A stretch of 64,000 bases of DNA from an uncultured delta proteobacterium (GTDB lineage Bacteria; Desulfobacterota; WTBG01): assembly GCA_963793865.1 (NCBI GenBank), contig CAWCBP010000001.1:32001-96000 (forward strand), in the 5' to 3' direction. The position numbers and the translations under genes are program-made. The notes under the pieces were generated by a model. The model was given only the letters and a program-made list of their open reading frames with translations, did no database searches and was not told where the DNA came from. Positions 51,952 to 62,086 of this stretch are shown one piece after another (position 1 is the first letter of the stretch; every line of letters begins with the position of its first letter).

Positions 51952-53274
51952 ATGAACAATGTGTTCGATCTTATCGTCATCGGTGCCGGTCCGACCGGTC
52001 TCATGGCGGCAAAGGTGGCCGGTGAAAACGGTTTGAGGGTCGCGCTGATTGATAAAAAGCAGGCGATACCGGAGGTGAAGCGGGCCTGCGGGGAAGTCAT
52101 CAATGTGAATGAGTATAGCTGGGGCGACTTCATCAATTTCAATGCACGCGACGGGCTGTTGAATTTCCCGGTCAACGGCATCAGTGTCAGGTATAGAGGT
52201 CCTTACAGAAATATCTATGGCATGCAGACCTACTCGCCGGGCGGCGAATCAATCATCATGGGTGACTGCCGGGAAGGCCGGAAGCAGGGCGACCGTGCGC
52301 GCAGGGGCATTGCCGTTGATAAAGGGGAGCTCCTGCGGGGTCTGCTGGAGGATGTGGAGAAATACAGGGTAACGGTCATAACCGGGTCGTACATTCATGA
52401 GTTTGAGAAGAAAGGAGAAACGGTGGTGGTGGGTGACGGCAGGAATAGCTACGAATCCACCTTCGTGATAGCCGCTGACGGTTTGAATTCGAAGATGGCG
52501 CAGCGCCTGGGGTTCAATAAAGAGAGGCAATTCCGGGGGACCCTGCGCTGCATGTTCTCATATGTGACGGACGCTGAACCTCCGGTTCCTGACGCTCTCC
52601 TTCACATCATGGGAGGGAGAGAAGGACCCGCGCTGCTGGGAATGTGCTGCACCCACCGTGAGGGAGAATACTGGATTGCGGTTGACGATTTCAGCCATAA
52701 GACCGATCTCAAGGCAGGCTTTGAACGCATCATGCAGAGGCCGGCCTTTGCGCCGTGGTTCAGGAAGATGAAAACAATACGGATGGCTGCCTGCGTGGGT
52801 AACCTCTACTCGCCCATCGCGGAACCTTTCAGGGACAATGTCCTGCTGGCGGGTGACGCGGCATTTTCTCCCCAAATCAGCATTAACGGCGGCATCATAT
52901 GCGGGTGGAAGGCGGCCAACGCGGTGGTGCTGGCCCTGCTCGAAGGCCGGAGAAACGAAGAGGGAGTGCGAGGCTATCTCAACTGGTGGAAAAAAGAGAT
53001 CATTGACCGGCATTCCCTTGCCGGCGGCAATTTTATGGATAGCCTCGATGACAGTGAAGCCGATTATCTCTTCAGCCTTTTCAAAAGGGCGCTTCCGGCC
53101 ACGCTTGATCCCTTCACGGCCGGGAAACATATGCAGGAAGAGATGGCTGCCATTATGCCGGTACTCATGGCTGAGCGCCCGGCAATTCTCCAGAAGCTGC
53201 AGGCCTTCCAGGCACAAACCGCTGATGAGCTGTATGCCGAGCGGCGTAAATTGGGCTGCCCCAATCGCGAGTAA
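51952..53274 (+). CDS. Geranylgeranyl reductase/FixC-type FAD oxidoreductase
   Basis: DLIVIGAGPTG, IAADGLNS and VLLAGDAA. Confidence 0.85.
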   Translation: MNNVFDLIVIGAGPTGLMAAKVAGENGLRVALIDKKQAIPEVKRACGEVINVNEYSWGDFINFNARDGLLNFPVNGISVRYRGPYRNIYGMQTYSPGGESIIMGDCREGRKQGDRARRGIAVDKGELLRGLLEDVEKYRVTVITGSYIHEFEKKGETVVVGDGRNSYESTFVIAADGLNSKMAQRLGFNKERQFRGTLRCMFSYVTDAEPPVPDALLHIMGGREGPALLGMCCTHREGEYWIAVDDFSHKTDLKAGFERIMQRPAFAPWFRKMKTIRMAACVGNLYSPIAEPFRDNVLLAGDAAFSPQISINGGIICGWKAANAVVLALLEGRRNEEGVRGYLNWWKKEIIDRHSLAGGNFMDSLDDSEADYLFSLFKRALPATLDPFTAGKHMQEEMAAIMPVLMAERPAILQKLQAFQAQTADELYAERRKLGCPNRE

Positions 53275-53294
53275 ATGAACAGCGCGATGAAAAG
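53155..53294 (+). repeat. Direct repeat, left copy (3' end of the FAD oxidoreductase gene)
   Basis: Matches 56928-57066; 60-bp identical core 53235-53294 = 57007-57066. Confidence 0.93.
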
Positions 53295-53455
53295 AGTTTG
53301 TGAGCTATGCCGGCTGCAATAATCAAGAGCGACGCTACGGGCTGAAAAATATACCTGGCCGGGATGTATCCGGTGCGGTGGTTCTAGCGCACACTGCCCG
53401 GCAGCCGCTCATCCGGTTTCGGTATGTATGCACCGGTGCGGAAGGAGATGCGCTG

Positions 53456-54292
53456 ATGTCAGCGGTGGAAAAAAGGGGCGCTGCATGTCTGCCTGAAAAG
53501 GCAACCGTGAAGAAGGTGGCTCCGCTTACGGACACTGACCGGCTCTTTACCCTTACGCTGGATAGCGGGAGAAGCCTGGGCCATGCGCCGGGTCAGTTTG
53601 TTGTGGTATCCCTGTCGGGCATCGGTGAAGGTCCGGTTTCCATTGCCTCGCCTCCCGCAGAGGACAACTCACTTGAACTGGTTGTAAGCGCCGCGGATGA
53701 TCGTGCCGGGGCGATGCACCGCCTTGCGGCGGGGAATGCGGTCGGCATCGGGGGGCCCTTCGGGAACGGGTTCCCGATCAAAACCCTTATGGGTATGGAC
53801 CTCCTGCTGGTGGCCGGTGGCGTCGGGCTGGCGCCGCTTCGCTCACTCATACAATACAGCCTGCAACACCGTGATGCCTTCGGGCGCATTATCATTCTCT
53901 TCGGCGCCCGCCTGCCCCAGGAGCGCTTGTTTACTGATGATCTTGCGCAATGGTCTTCGCGCACGGACGTGGAATTGCTGGAGACGGTTGAGCGGGGGGA
54001 TGCGGGCTGGAAGGGAAACGTCGGTGTCATCACCACCCTGTTTAAAAAGGTGAGCATTGATCCTCGCAGAACCGCAGTGCTCATGGTCGGCCCGCCGATC
54101 ATGTATAAATACGCACTGCTTGAGGCCAGGGGAAAAGAGGTGCCGGAACAGAACATCTGGCTTTCGCTTGAGCACCGCATGAAGTGCGGTTTGGGCGCGT
54201 GCGGTCACTGCCGGATCAACAAGAACTCCGTCTGCCGGGATGGCCCGATTTTCGCCATCACCCAAATAGAAGCCGGTGCGGTGGCGCTGTGA
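53456..54292 (+). CDS. FAD/NAD-binding [2Fe-2S] oxidoreductase (sulfhydrogenase gamma/AsrB/PyrK type)
   Basis: PGQF, GPFGNGF, AGGVGLAP, GPPIM and MKCGLGACGHC...VC.DGP. Confidence 0.9.
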   Translation: MSAVEKRGAACLPEKATVKKVAPLTDTDRLFTLTLDSGRSLGHAPGQFVVVSLSGIGEGPVSIASPPAEDNSLELVVSAADDRAGAMHRLAAGNAVGIGGPFGNGFPIKTLMGMDLLLVAGGVGLAPLRSLIQYSLQHRDAFGRIIILFGARLPQERLFTDDLAQWSSRTDVELLETVERGDAGWKGNVGVITTLFKKVSIDPRRTAVLMVGPPIMYKYALLEARGKEVPEQNIWLSLEHRMKCGLGACGHCRINKNSVCRDGPIFAITQIEAGAVAL

Positions 54293-54387
54293 GACCGCCG
54301 GCCAATATCATGAAAAGTGCAGAGTGGTTTTCTGGGGAAGCGGACTTCACATCACAGGTGAACCTATCGGGTAAGCGAGGGAAGGCC

Positions 54388-54792
54388 ATGAAAAAAATAC
54401 TGGTTATTGATGACGATCCTGACATTGTAGAGGCAATAAGAATAGTGCTTGAAGCACAGAATTTCGAGGTGCACAGTGCCTCCAACGGCACCGAAGGCTT
54501 GAGCCGGGTAAAGGAGATAAACCCTGACCTTATCGTTCTTGATGTGATGATGGACAAGCTCACCGAAGGTTTTCAGGTCAGCTACACCCTGAAAAGCACG
54601 GCCGCCGGCTCCGAGTACGCGGCTTATGCAAAAACACCCATTCTCATGCTCACAGCCATCGGCAAGGAAACACATATGAAGTTCAGCCCGGAAACCGACG
54701 GGGCGTATCTGCCGGTGGAGGCCTTTCTGGAGAAACCGGTCCGGCCCGCAATGCTTATTGAAACGGTGAAGCGGCTGCTCGCTGTGGCATAG
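54388..54792 (+). CDS. Single-domain response regulator
   Basis: KILVIDDD, PDLIVLDVMM, PILMLT and KP. Confidence 0.92.
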   Translation: MKKILVIDDDPDIVEAIRIVLEAQNFEVHSASNGTEGLSRVKEINPDLIVLDVMMDKLTEGFQVSYTLKSTAAGSEYAAYAKTPILMLTAIGKETHMKFSPETDGAYLPVEAFLEKPVRPAMLIETVKRLLAVA

Positions 54793-54935
54793 GCGTTATG
54801 AGAGGGGGCATTGTACCGCCGCCCCCGGTTGCCGCTTTCCGATCTGTCCCGTGGGCGTATCTCCGCACTGATCGCAGTGCCGCACGAAGAACTGCGCCTC
54901 GTACATCAACAGGGCTGAGGGAGACCAGCTAAAGC

Positions 54936-56861
54936 ATGGGCATTGTATCCTCTCTGGGAAAATATTTTCTGCCCGGCGAACTGCAAGCCGCGGGGGACTA
55001 CAATCGGCTGCCGCAGGGGCTGGACAGCGAAAAAAAATATGAGCCCGGCAAACAGCAGATGGAAGAAATTGCGGTCATCGCGCGATGGCTGGTCAGGCTG
55101 CGCTGGATTGCGATTTGCGGGTTTCTGGTGCTCACGCTCAGCTATTCGCTGTTGCCCCGGACCGTATCCCCCGAGCCTGCGCTTTATGGTTTATGCCTCG
55201 TTCTGCTCCTCTACAACTCAGCCTTCTTTTTGATTTTCAAGCTGCGAAAACCTTTAGCCGCGCAGTATGAACTGTTTTGTATCCGTCTCCAGGTGCTCTC
55301 CGACTGGGTGGTCCTGTTTCTGTTCATTCATTTTACCGGTGGTATCTTCAGCCCCATCATCTTCTTCGTGATTCTGCACATTATTATCAACTCTATGATT
55401 TTCCCCGCGGCGCAGTGCTACTGGTATACCACTTTTTCGCTCGCGGGCCTGGGCGTTCTTTTTCTGCTGGAGAATGTGGTCAGGCTTTTCCCGGTGAGCA
55501 ACCCCTGGTTTGGGAAAGGCATGCCGGAGCTGGAGTTCGTCCCGTTGCTTATCGCTTTTGTCCTCTTCTCTCTCGTGCTCTATGCGTCTACCTTCCTTGC
55601 CACCAGCATCATGGCCCGCTTCAGGCAAAGGGAAAATGTGGTGCGCAGTCTCAGCCGGAATCTGCAGAAGGCCCTCACCCGTATGGAAACACTGTATGAA
55701 ACGACCACCAGGATGGTTACCAGCTATGATTTACATGAGGTGCTTGATCATCTGGTGAAAGACAGCGTGCGCATCATGGGCGTGCATGGTGCCGTGCTGC
55801 GCCTGGTGGAAGAAGGCAGGGAAGATCTCATCACCGTTGCCACCTGCGGGCTGTCCGATGCGTACCTTGCCAAGGGGCCCGTACGCATGGATGACGATCT
55901 CATACCCAGAAGCCCTGATGATGTGATAGTGGTGAACGACGTGGAACAGGACCGGAGGCTGCGCTATCCGAAGGAAGCCCGTCAGGAAGGCATCCGCTCC
56001 ATAATTTCTCTTCCGCTGGTAAGCAAGGGAACGATAAAAGGGAACCTGCGCCTGTACGCCCGGACCAGGCAGCATTTTACCCGCGATGAGCTTTCCTTTC
56101 TTAAAACATTAGCCAATGGCGCTGCAGTGATCGTTGACAACGTACAGGCATGGAAGGCACTGGAGGAGAGCAACAGGAAAATCGTTTCCTTTGCGTACCA
56201 AATCGGCCACGATTTGAAATCACCGGTATCTGCAGTGCAGAGCCTGCTCTCCGCAATGCAGGAGGGGTATGCAGGCAGTATACCCTTAAAGCAGCAGGAT
56301 ATTCTGGCGCGGTGCATCAACAAGCAGGAGCACCTGCTCATGCTGATTCGTGATCTTCTCAATCTGGCGGAAGGCCATACCTCCGCCGAGGGCCAGAAGC
56401 TGGTTGCCATTTTTATTGATGCTGCGGCCTCGGAAGCCATAAAGCTTTTTGAAGCGGTCTCCGCGCAAAAAGGTGTTGCCCTGGTGTCATTGCTGCCGCA
56501 ACACCCCATCCCCTTCGAGGAAATTCCCGGAGATTTTCAGCGGCTTTTTTCAAACCTGCTTGACAACGCAATCCGCTATACACCGCCGGGAGGCAGGGTT
56601 GAGGTCGGGGCGGATTGCGATGACCGGCGGTTTACAATCAGTGTAAAGGATACGGGGATAGGCATTGAGCCTGAATACAGGGAAAAAATTTTTGAGGAAT
56701 TTTTCAGGACACCGCGGGCAAAAAAGTGCCTGTCAGAGGGAACGGGACTGGGCCTTTCCATAGTAAAGGGCATTGTTACTCGTTACCATGGTACCATTCA
56801 TCTTGAAAGCGAGCCGGGGAAGGGCACGGCCTTTTTTATAACCATTCCCCGTAAGCCATAA
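54936..56861 (+). CDS. Membrane GAF-domain sensor histidine kinase
   Basis: TM region, GAF, GHDLKSP, NLLDNAIRY, DTGIG and GTGLGL. Confidence 0.92.
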   Translation: MGIVSSLGKYFLPGELQAAGDYNRLPQGLDSEKKYEPGKQQMEEIAVIARWLVRLRWIAICGFLVLTLSYSLLPRTVSPEPALYGLCLVLLLYNSAFFLIFKLRKPLAAQYELFCIRLQVLSDWVVLFLFIHFTGGIFSPIIFFVILHIIINSMIFPAAQCYWYTTFSLAGLGVLFLLENVVRLFPVSNPWFGKGMPELEFVPLLIAFVLFSLVLYASTFLATSIMARFRQRENVVRSLSRNLQKALTRMETLYETTTRMVTSYDLHEVLDHLVKDSVRIMGVHGAVLRLVEEGREDLITVATCGLSDAYLAKGPVRMDDDLIPRSPDDVIVVNDVEQDRRLRYPKEARQEGIRSIISLPLVSKGTIKGNLRLYARTRQHFTRDELSFLKTLANGAAVIVDNVQAWKALEESNRKIVSFAYQIGHDLKSPVSAVQSLLSAMQEGYAGSIPLKQQDILARCINKQEHLLMLIRDLLNLAEGHTSAEGQKLVAIFIDAAASEAIKLFEAVSAQKGVALVSLLPQHPIPFEEIPGDFQRLFSNLLDNAIRYTPPGGRVEVGADCDDRRFTISVKDTGIGIEPEYREKIFEEFFRTPRAKKCLSEGTGLGLSIVKGIVTRYHGTIHLESEPGKGTAFFITIPRKP

Positions 56862-56927
56862 CCCATGAAGCTGATTTTTATTCCGGGCCCTTCACGTGAG
56901 CTCGGGACGCGCTGCGCGAAGGATCGC

Positions 56928-57066
56928 ATGCCTGCGCTCAGGGCTGAACGCCCGGTAATTCTCCAGAAGCTGCAGGCCTTCCGGGCAAAACCGCTGCTGA
57001 TCTGTGTGCCGAGCGGCGTAAATTGGGCTGCCCCAATCGCGAGTAAATGAACAGCGCGATGAAAAG
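56928..57066 (+). repeat. Direct repeat, right copy (decayed gene 3' end)
   Basis: Translates to ERPVILQKLQAF..., with a 1-bp deletion relative to 53155-53294. Confidence 0.93.
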
Positions 57067-57125
57067 GGGTTTTGATCCCGTCAGGAGATTTTTAGATAAG
57101 CCATGAGGTCATCATATGATCCCTG

Positions 57126-57308
57126 CTACATGAGCCGTTCAAAAAAGGTGTTGAGGTCATCTTCGGTTACGAACCACCTTCCCATCAATTTCTGTCCGTT
57201 GAGATGACCCTGCTTAATATAATTCCTGACAGAAACAGTGGTCACATTAAGCAGTCGCGACACGTCAAACACAGAGTACAGGGTGAGATCTTTTACTATT
57301 GTTGGCAT
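57126..57308 (-). CDS. Small excisionase-like/MerR-type HTH DNA-binding protein
   Basis: LYSVFDVSRLLNVTTVSVRNYIKQGHL.G.K..GRWFV...DL; GGAGGT RBS. Confidence 0.85.
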   Translation of the reverse strand: MPTIVKDLTLYSVFDVSRLLNVTTVSVRNYIKQGHLNGQKLMGRWFVTEDDLNTFFERLM

Positions 57309-57562
57309 GGTTTTTCTTACCTCCGTTTCTTGCCTGCCGGTTAATGATTCCTCTTCCTTATCTAATGACCGTATCGAACAGATATCTCCATCAACCATCT
57401 TGCCTTACAGTGTGGAATGCCCCTGTTAAACGTTATAGCAAACGGGGTGCCACAATAGACCTTCACGGTGCTGCACACGGCGCCACCCAAAAAACGCTTA
57501 TTTATTAATATATAACAGTGCCAGGTATCTTTGGAAACAGCCGGCACTCGTTTTCTCAAGGG

Positions 57563-57620
57563 ATGGTTGTATACAACCATTTTTCTTCGGAATAAAAATA
57601 ATATGGTTACATTTAACCAG
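57563..57620. promoter_or_regulatory. Tandem TGGTT-N6-AACCA operator-like palindromes
   Basis: Perfect 18-bp ATGGTTGTATACAACCAT (57563-57580) and ATGGTTACATTTAACCAG (57603-57620). Confidence 0.55.
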
Positions 57621-57746
57621 CCCAATGACATGTGAGGATTCTTTGTGGTACAATAATGTAAACACATATAAAGGTTCGGGTTAGACCTTTGATCAGACGT
57701 TCACGGGGAAGACATTAATTTTGAAACAACCTTCGAAGGGCAGTTT

Positions 57747-59117
57747 GTGAAGAAAATCCGGATGCGCAAATTAATGATATGGGGAGTGTTAGCCGGTGCT
57801 ATTGTGCTGTCAGCCCCGTCATCCGAGGCCTTCCGCTTTGCGGTAACGGGCGACACCCGGGGCAGCGACAATGGCGTGAATGCCGTCATACTGGCTGAAA
57901 TGGCCCAGGCGGTCATTGATGATGCCGCCGATTTTATAGTGGTCACCGGTGACCTGGTAAACGGGTCGACAGATCCGGCTATCCTTCAGTCCCAGCTCAC
58001 CACCTGGCGAAACATCATGCAGCCGCTCTATGATTTGAACATCGGGGTTTATCCCTGCCGGGGGAATCATGATACGGGCAGCAAGACAGCATGGGATGCT
58101 GTTTTTACCGGAAACTATGCGTTACCGGGCAATGGACCGGCCGGTGAAGAAAATGTTACCTATTCATTTATCCATGAAAACAGCCTGTTCATAGCCCTTG
58201 ATCAGTACGGCTCACACCTGAATCGTGTCAATCAAACATGGCTTGATACCGAGCTTGCTTCCAACCTGCAACCCCATGTGTTTGTCTTCGGACATGTTCC
58301 GGCGTTCTCGGTATACCATGCGGATTGCCTTGATGATTACCCGGATGAACGAAACCTGTTCTGGCAAAGCATAGGGGACGGATGCGGCAGAATCTACTTC
58401 ACCGGCCATGACCATTTCTATAATCATGCACGAATTGATGACGACGACGGAAATCCGGATAATGATCTTCACCAGATCATCACGGGTGCAGGCGGTGCAC
58501 CGATGTATGACTGGAACGGCCTTTACAGCGGTTACAATGGTGCCTGGACACCTCAGCTCGTCTTTCATGAGAAACAGTACAGTTACATCCTGGCGGAGGT
58601 GACCGGTTTAACGGTAACACTGACCATGAAACATAGAACCGTGCCGGGTACCTATGAGGATGGAGGGCATAGCTTGAGTTTCACCTATGCCGATACCGAT
58701 GATGACAGCAAGGGCGACACCTGTGATAATTGTTCGGCTGTGGCGAACGCCGCCCAGGAAGACGCGGATACGGACAGCGTGGGGGATGTCTGCGATAATT
58801 GTCCCGCTGATCCCAACCACACCCAGGCTGATACGCTTCCGCCCGGGGGAAACGGCATCGGAGATACCTGCGATTGCGAGGGAAATTTTGACGGTGATGA
58901 GGACTGCGATGGTACTGATGTGGCAGTATTCAAGGCGGATTTCGGCCGTAGTCAGCTTAACACTCCCTGCCGGAGCGGTTATCCCTGCAACGGGGATTTC
59001 TCCTGCGACGGAGATGTTGACGGTACGGATGCAGTGCTGATTAAGGCTGATTTCGGCCGCGGACAATTCAACCATGCCTGTTCGTCACACACTGCAGGAA
59101 CATGGTGCAGTTATTAG
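57747..59117 (+). CDS. Secreted metallophosphoesterase with thrombospondin type-3 repeats and a dockerin-like C-terminus
   Basis: Signal peptide; GDTR, GDLV, GNHD, H and GHDH; D.D.D..GD.CDNC repeats; two G.FD.D.D.DG.D....KADFGR repeats. Confidence 0.88.
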   Translation: MKKIRMRKLMIWGVLAGAIVLSAPSSEAFRFAVTGDTRGSDNGVNAVILAEMAQAVIDDAADFIVVTGDLVNGSTDPAILQSQLTTWRNIMQPLYDLNIGVYPCRGNHDTGSKTAWDAVFTGNYALPGNGPAGEENVTYSFIHENSLFIALDQYGSHLNRVNQTWLDTELASNLQPHVFVFGHVPAFSVYHADCLDDYPDERNLFWQSIGDGCGRIYFTGHDHFYNHARIDDDDGNPDNDLHQIITGAGGAPMYDWNGLYSGYNGAWTPQLVFHEKQYSYILAEVTGLTVTLTMKHRTVPGTYEDGGHSLSFTYADTDDDSKGDTCDNCSAVANAAQEDADTDSVGDVCDNCPADPNHTQADTLPPGGNGIGDTCDCEGNFDGDEDCDGTDVAVFKADFGRSQLNTPCRSGYPCNGDFSCDGDVDGTDAVLIKADFGRGQFNHACSSHTAGTWCSY

Positions 59118-59200
59118 CAGGCTGTTGAAAAACACCCATCTGCTTCGTTACGCTCATTCTTCGTCATTACAGCGTATGCGGTAGCGCGCTCTTTTGCAGC
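59117..59200. mobile_element. Possible MITE/IS-end remnant
   Basis: Begins GCAGGCTGTTGAAAAA, resembling IS terminal repeats. Related GCAGGTTATTGAAAAAG at 59989. Confidence 0.35.
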
Positions 59201-59214
59201 CGAGCATTCAGTTG

Positions 59215-59973
59215 CTAGGCTGCCTTTGCGATCAACTTTTCAAGTTTTTGACGGGCGTTTTCCTTGATCGGCTCGCCGTGGCTGGGAAGGATTACGCTAA
59301 ACGTGTAGTCAAACAGCTTTTTTAAATTGGAGATCGCCTTTTCCTGATCCAGGCTGGCATTGGACAGGGGAGGATTGATTTCGTCAGGGCCCATGGCAGG
59401 ATTGAGCAGATTTTTGCCCATGATGCTGTCGCCTGCCAGCAGCACCTCGTCCCTGAAGAGAAGGCAGATGTTGCCGGCGGTGTGCCCCTCCAGGTGAATG
59501 ATTCTGAGCTCAGGGGTAAACAGCTGATCGTGGCGCAGAGGCATGTCGATCATGCAGGGGGTAATGGCAAAGTGCGCGGCCAGCTTGGGAGGCAGCACGG
59601 TTGAAGGGGGAGGCTCAACCAGCCCTTCAATCACGGGGATATCGAGCTCATGCATGGCTGCCGGCACTTTGAGCGTTTCTTTAAGCTGTTTTAAGCACCC
59701 CGTGTGATCGGCATGGTAGTGCGTGCAGATGATGGCGTCAATCTTCAAGCCCTTCTCACCAATATACTTCATGATGTGGTGATAGGATCCCCGCCTGAGG
59801 TATTCCACCTGCCGGGCATCTCCCAGTTTAATCCCTCCCCTTTCAAAAAAGGAGAGTATATCTTGAGGTACCGGCTTCACGCCGGTATCAACCAGGATGT
59901 TCTTTTCACCCTCGATGATGAAGGCCTTGACATTGCCGAGTTCAATGGCATGAACCCTGCCTAACGCATCCAT
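59215..59973 (-). CDS. MBL-fold metallo-hydrolase
   Basis: LVDTG, THYHADHTG, GHTAG, AGD and PSHG. Confidence 0.92.
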   Translation of the reverse strand: MDALGRVHAIELGNVKAFIIEGEKNILVDTGVKPVPQDILSFFERGGIKLGDARQVEYLRRGSYHHIMKYIGEKGLKIDAIICTHYHADHTGCLKQLKETLKVPAAMHELDIPVIEGLVEPPPSTVLPPKLAAHFAITPCMIDMPLRHDQLFTPELRIIHLEGHTAGNICLLFRDEVLLAGDSIMGKNLLNPAMGPDEINPPLSNASLDQEKAISNLKKLFDYTFSVILPSHGEPIKENARQKLEKLIAKAA

Positions 59974-60090
59974 TGCAGTATATACCTGGCAGGTTATTGA
60001 AAAAGCAGTTTTCCCCAGGCTGTCAAAGGCTCAAAGGGGCTCTTGAAAAAAAAGGAGGCATACCCTTGACCGAGCGCGGAAGAGCGGGCG

Positions 60091-60717
60091 CTACTGTACC
60101 CGCTTTATCTCCAGCTTCTCGATGACGACGGGAGTCAGCGGTTTGTCACGGCCATCTTTTTTAACCGCCTCAATCGCTTCAATTGCCTCCTGTCCCTCGA
60201 CGACCTGGCCGAAGATGGTGTGTTTGTTATCCAGCCATGGCGTGGGAACGGTGGTTATGAAGAACTGGCTTCCGTTGGTGTTGGGGCCGGCATTGGCCAT
60301 GGCCAGCTTTCCCGGCTTGTCAAATTTCAGGCCCGCATTGAATTCGTCTGCAAACTGGTAACCCGGGCCACCCCGTCCCGTGCCCTCGGGATCTCCGCCC
60401 TGGATCATAAAATTGGGGATGACGCGGTGAAAGATGAGGCCGTCATAAAACCGCTTCTTCTGCTTTGTATTTGTCTTGGGGTCGGTCCATTCCCTGGTGC
60501 CTTCCGCGAGGCCCACAAAATTTTCAACGGTTTTGGGGGCCTCCTTTTCAAGCAGGCTGCAGGTAATGGTTCCCATGGTGGTGTGGAAAATGGCGTAAAG
60601 ACCGGGTTTCATCTGAGCCTCCTTTTTTGCCCCCTTGTCTGCAGCGGATGAGCAGGTGGTGAGACAAAATGTGAACATGGTTGAGAGTAGCAGTGCTTTT
60701 ATTGCCAGTTTTTGCAT
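60091..60717 (-). CDS. Cyclophilin-type peptidyl-prolyl isomerase with signal peptide
   Basis: [31 protein letters not shown] and [10 protein letters not shown]. Confidence 0.96.
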   Translation of the reverse strand: MQKLAIKALLLSTMFTFCLTTCSSAADKGAKKEAQMKPGLYAIFHTTMGTITCSLLEKEAPKTVENFVGLAEGTREWTDPKTNTKQKKRFYDGLIFHRVIPNFMIQGGDPEGTGRGGPGYQFADEFNAGLKFDKPGKLAMANAGPNTNGSQFFITTVPTPWLDNKHTIFGQVVEGQEAIEAIEAVKKDGRDKPLTPVVIEKLEIKRVQ

Positions 60718-60774
60718 ACGCGTCTCCTGTGTGTGTTGTCGCGGCCGGAGGCCGCTCCGACCGGCAATTATATT

Positions 60775-61317
60775 TTAAATGCCGCACGGGTTAATGGGCG
60801 GTGAAGCATGCGCATCGTGCGGCATCTCGGCGATGACCTGGGCCCGGCCGTTGTCATTAATGCGCTGAGATGCCTCAAAGAGAATTGCATCGAGCGCTTT
60901 CCTGAGCAGATTGAAGTTGTGCTCCTTTCCTCTCTGCCTCAGGACATCGTTGAGCGGTTCACAGTTTACTTTCACGCAGGTAAACGGTCTCATGTCCGCG
61001 GGAAGAGCGCAGCCTTCAGGGGTCAGAAACGAGCATGCCGTGTCTCTCCTGATGCGATTACGGGGTATGGCGGGCTTGTCGTATTTCATCCTGAAGAGCA
61101 CATAGTCCTCAAAGGAAAACCAGCCTTCCAGGGGGAACCCCTCGCAGCACTTGTGTTCGCAGGCACCGCAGTGTTCGGGGGCAACCTCGCTCAGAATGCG
61201 GCGCATTTGATTCTGGATGGCTGATGCCCGCAGGGCACAGCGAGACAGCTGTTTGCCGCTGACTTCAAGTCCCTGATGCAGGTTTTGGTATCTCTCTTCA
61301 AGCGATTCAATGGACAT
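60775..61317 (-). CDS. Cys-cluster hypothetical protein (YkgJ/CxxCxxxCC-like)
   Basis: CGACEHKCC...CSFL...GC.L....RPFTC...C. Confidence 0.7.
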   Translation of the reverse strand: MSIESLEERYQNLHQGLEVSGKQLSRCALRASAIQNQMRRILSEVAPEHCGACEHKCCEGFPLEGWFSFEDYVLFRMKYDKPAIPRNRIRRDTACSFLTPEGCALPADMRPFTCVKVNCEPLNDVLRQRGKEHNFNLLRKALDAILFEASQRINDNGRAQVIAEMPHDAHASPPINPCGI

Positions 61318-61446
61318 GCGTGACGGGCCGGTATGTTTTGATTACGGAAAGCCGCCTTTAAAGCATCGGCGTCCGAATATATAAGAAGCATGCTTTTTTT
61401 TCAATACAAATTTCCGGCAGGCATGGGATAATCCATAATATTACCT

Positions 61447-61474
61447 GTAGGGGCGACCGGCCGGTCGTCCCTAC
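61447..61474. repeat. GTAG palindrome, one mismatch
   Basis: GTAGGGGCGACCGGCCGGTCGTCCCTAC. Confidence 0.85.
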
Positions 61475-61651
61475 TCAACAGACTCCATTTTCGCATCATA
61501 CATTGCATGCGCATGGTATTTCCGGCAAAAGATTAAGGTAAAACCGAATTGACTGATTTTAAGCGCCGGCAATTAAGTCTTTACAATCACCGCTTTTCAT
61601 ACTAAAAAAGGAGCAGAGTCATCATCGGTCGCCACCGATGGAAGGATGTGA

Positions 61652-62059
61652 ATGATGGATTACATTTTGGAGCGGCTGGCGGTCGGCGACATTAATGACG
61701 CCAGAAATATTCCCGACAGGATAACAGCATTGCTTAATTGTTCGGAAGAGCATGATACCTTCCGTAAAGGCATCCCGTATCTTAAAATACCCCTGGTCGA
61801 TTTTCAGCCCATTGATCCCGCGTATATTCCCGGGGCCGTGGCATGGATTAAAGAGACGATCGTGGATCACCGGGTGCTGGTTCACTGTAACGCGGGTATC
61901 GGAAGGTCGCCCTCAATTGTGGTGTGCTACCTGTGCGAGGTCGGGTTTGGCTTCGAGGAAGCGGTACGGCTGGTAAAGACCAAAAGGCCGGATGCAGTTC
62001 CTCATCATGACCTCAAGTCGGCGATACTGTTGGCCAGGAGAATGAGTTTGTTTAAGTAA
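61652..62059 (+). CDS. Dual-specificity protein phosphatase
   Basis: VLVHCNAGIGRS (HCx5R) P-loop. Confidence 0.92.
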   Translation: MMDYILERLAVGDINDARNIPDRITALLNCSEEHDTFRKGIPYLKIPLVDFQPIDPAYIPGAVAWIKETIVDHRVLVHCNAGIGRSPSIVVCYLCEVGFGFEEAVRLVKTKRPDAVPHHDLKSAILLARRMSLFK

Positions 62060-62086
62060 GGAGGGATGCAAGATGCAGATACTGAT

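Noticed and set aside
16509..53274. A hidden chlorophyll pathway (BchE-like radical SAM, RCCR-like, PCP_red tail, ChlP/GGR-like genes)
   Set aside because: The genes are scattered over 37 kb in different operons. Three of the four families are broad and common in non-phototrophs, and no core bch/chl genes are present.
54798..54918. Remnant of a hydrogenase maturation protease between the receiver and kinase genes
   Set aside because: Only a vague resemblance over ~25 residues; not supportable without a search.
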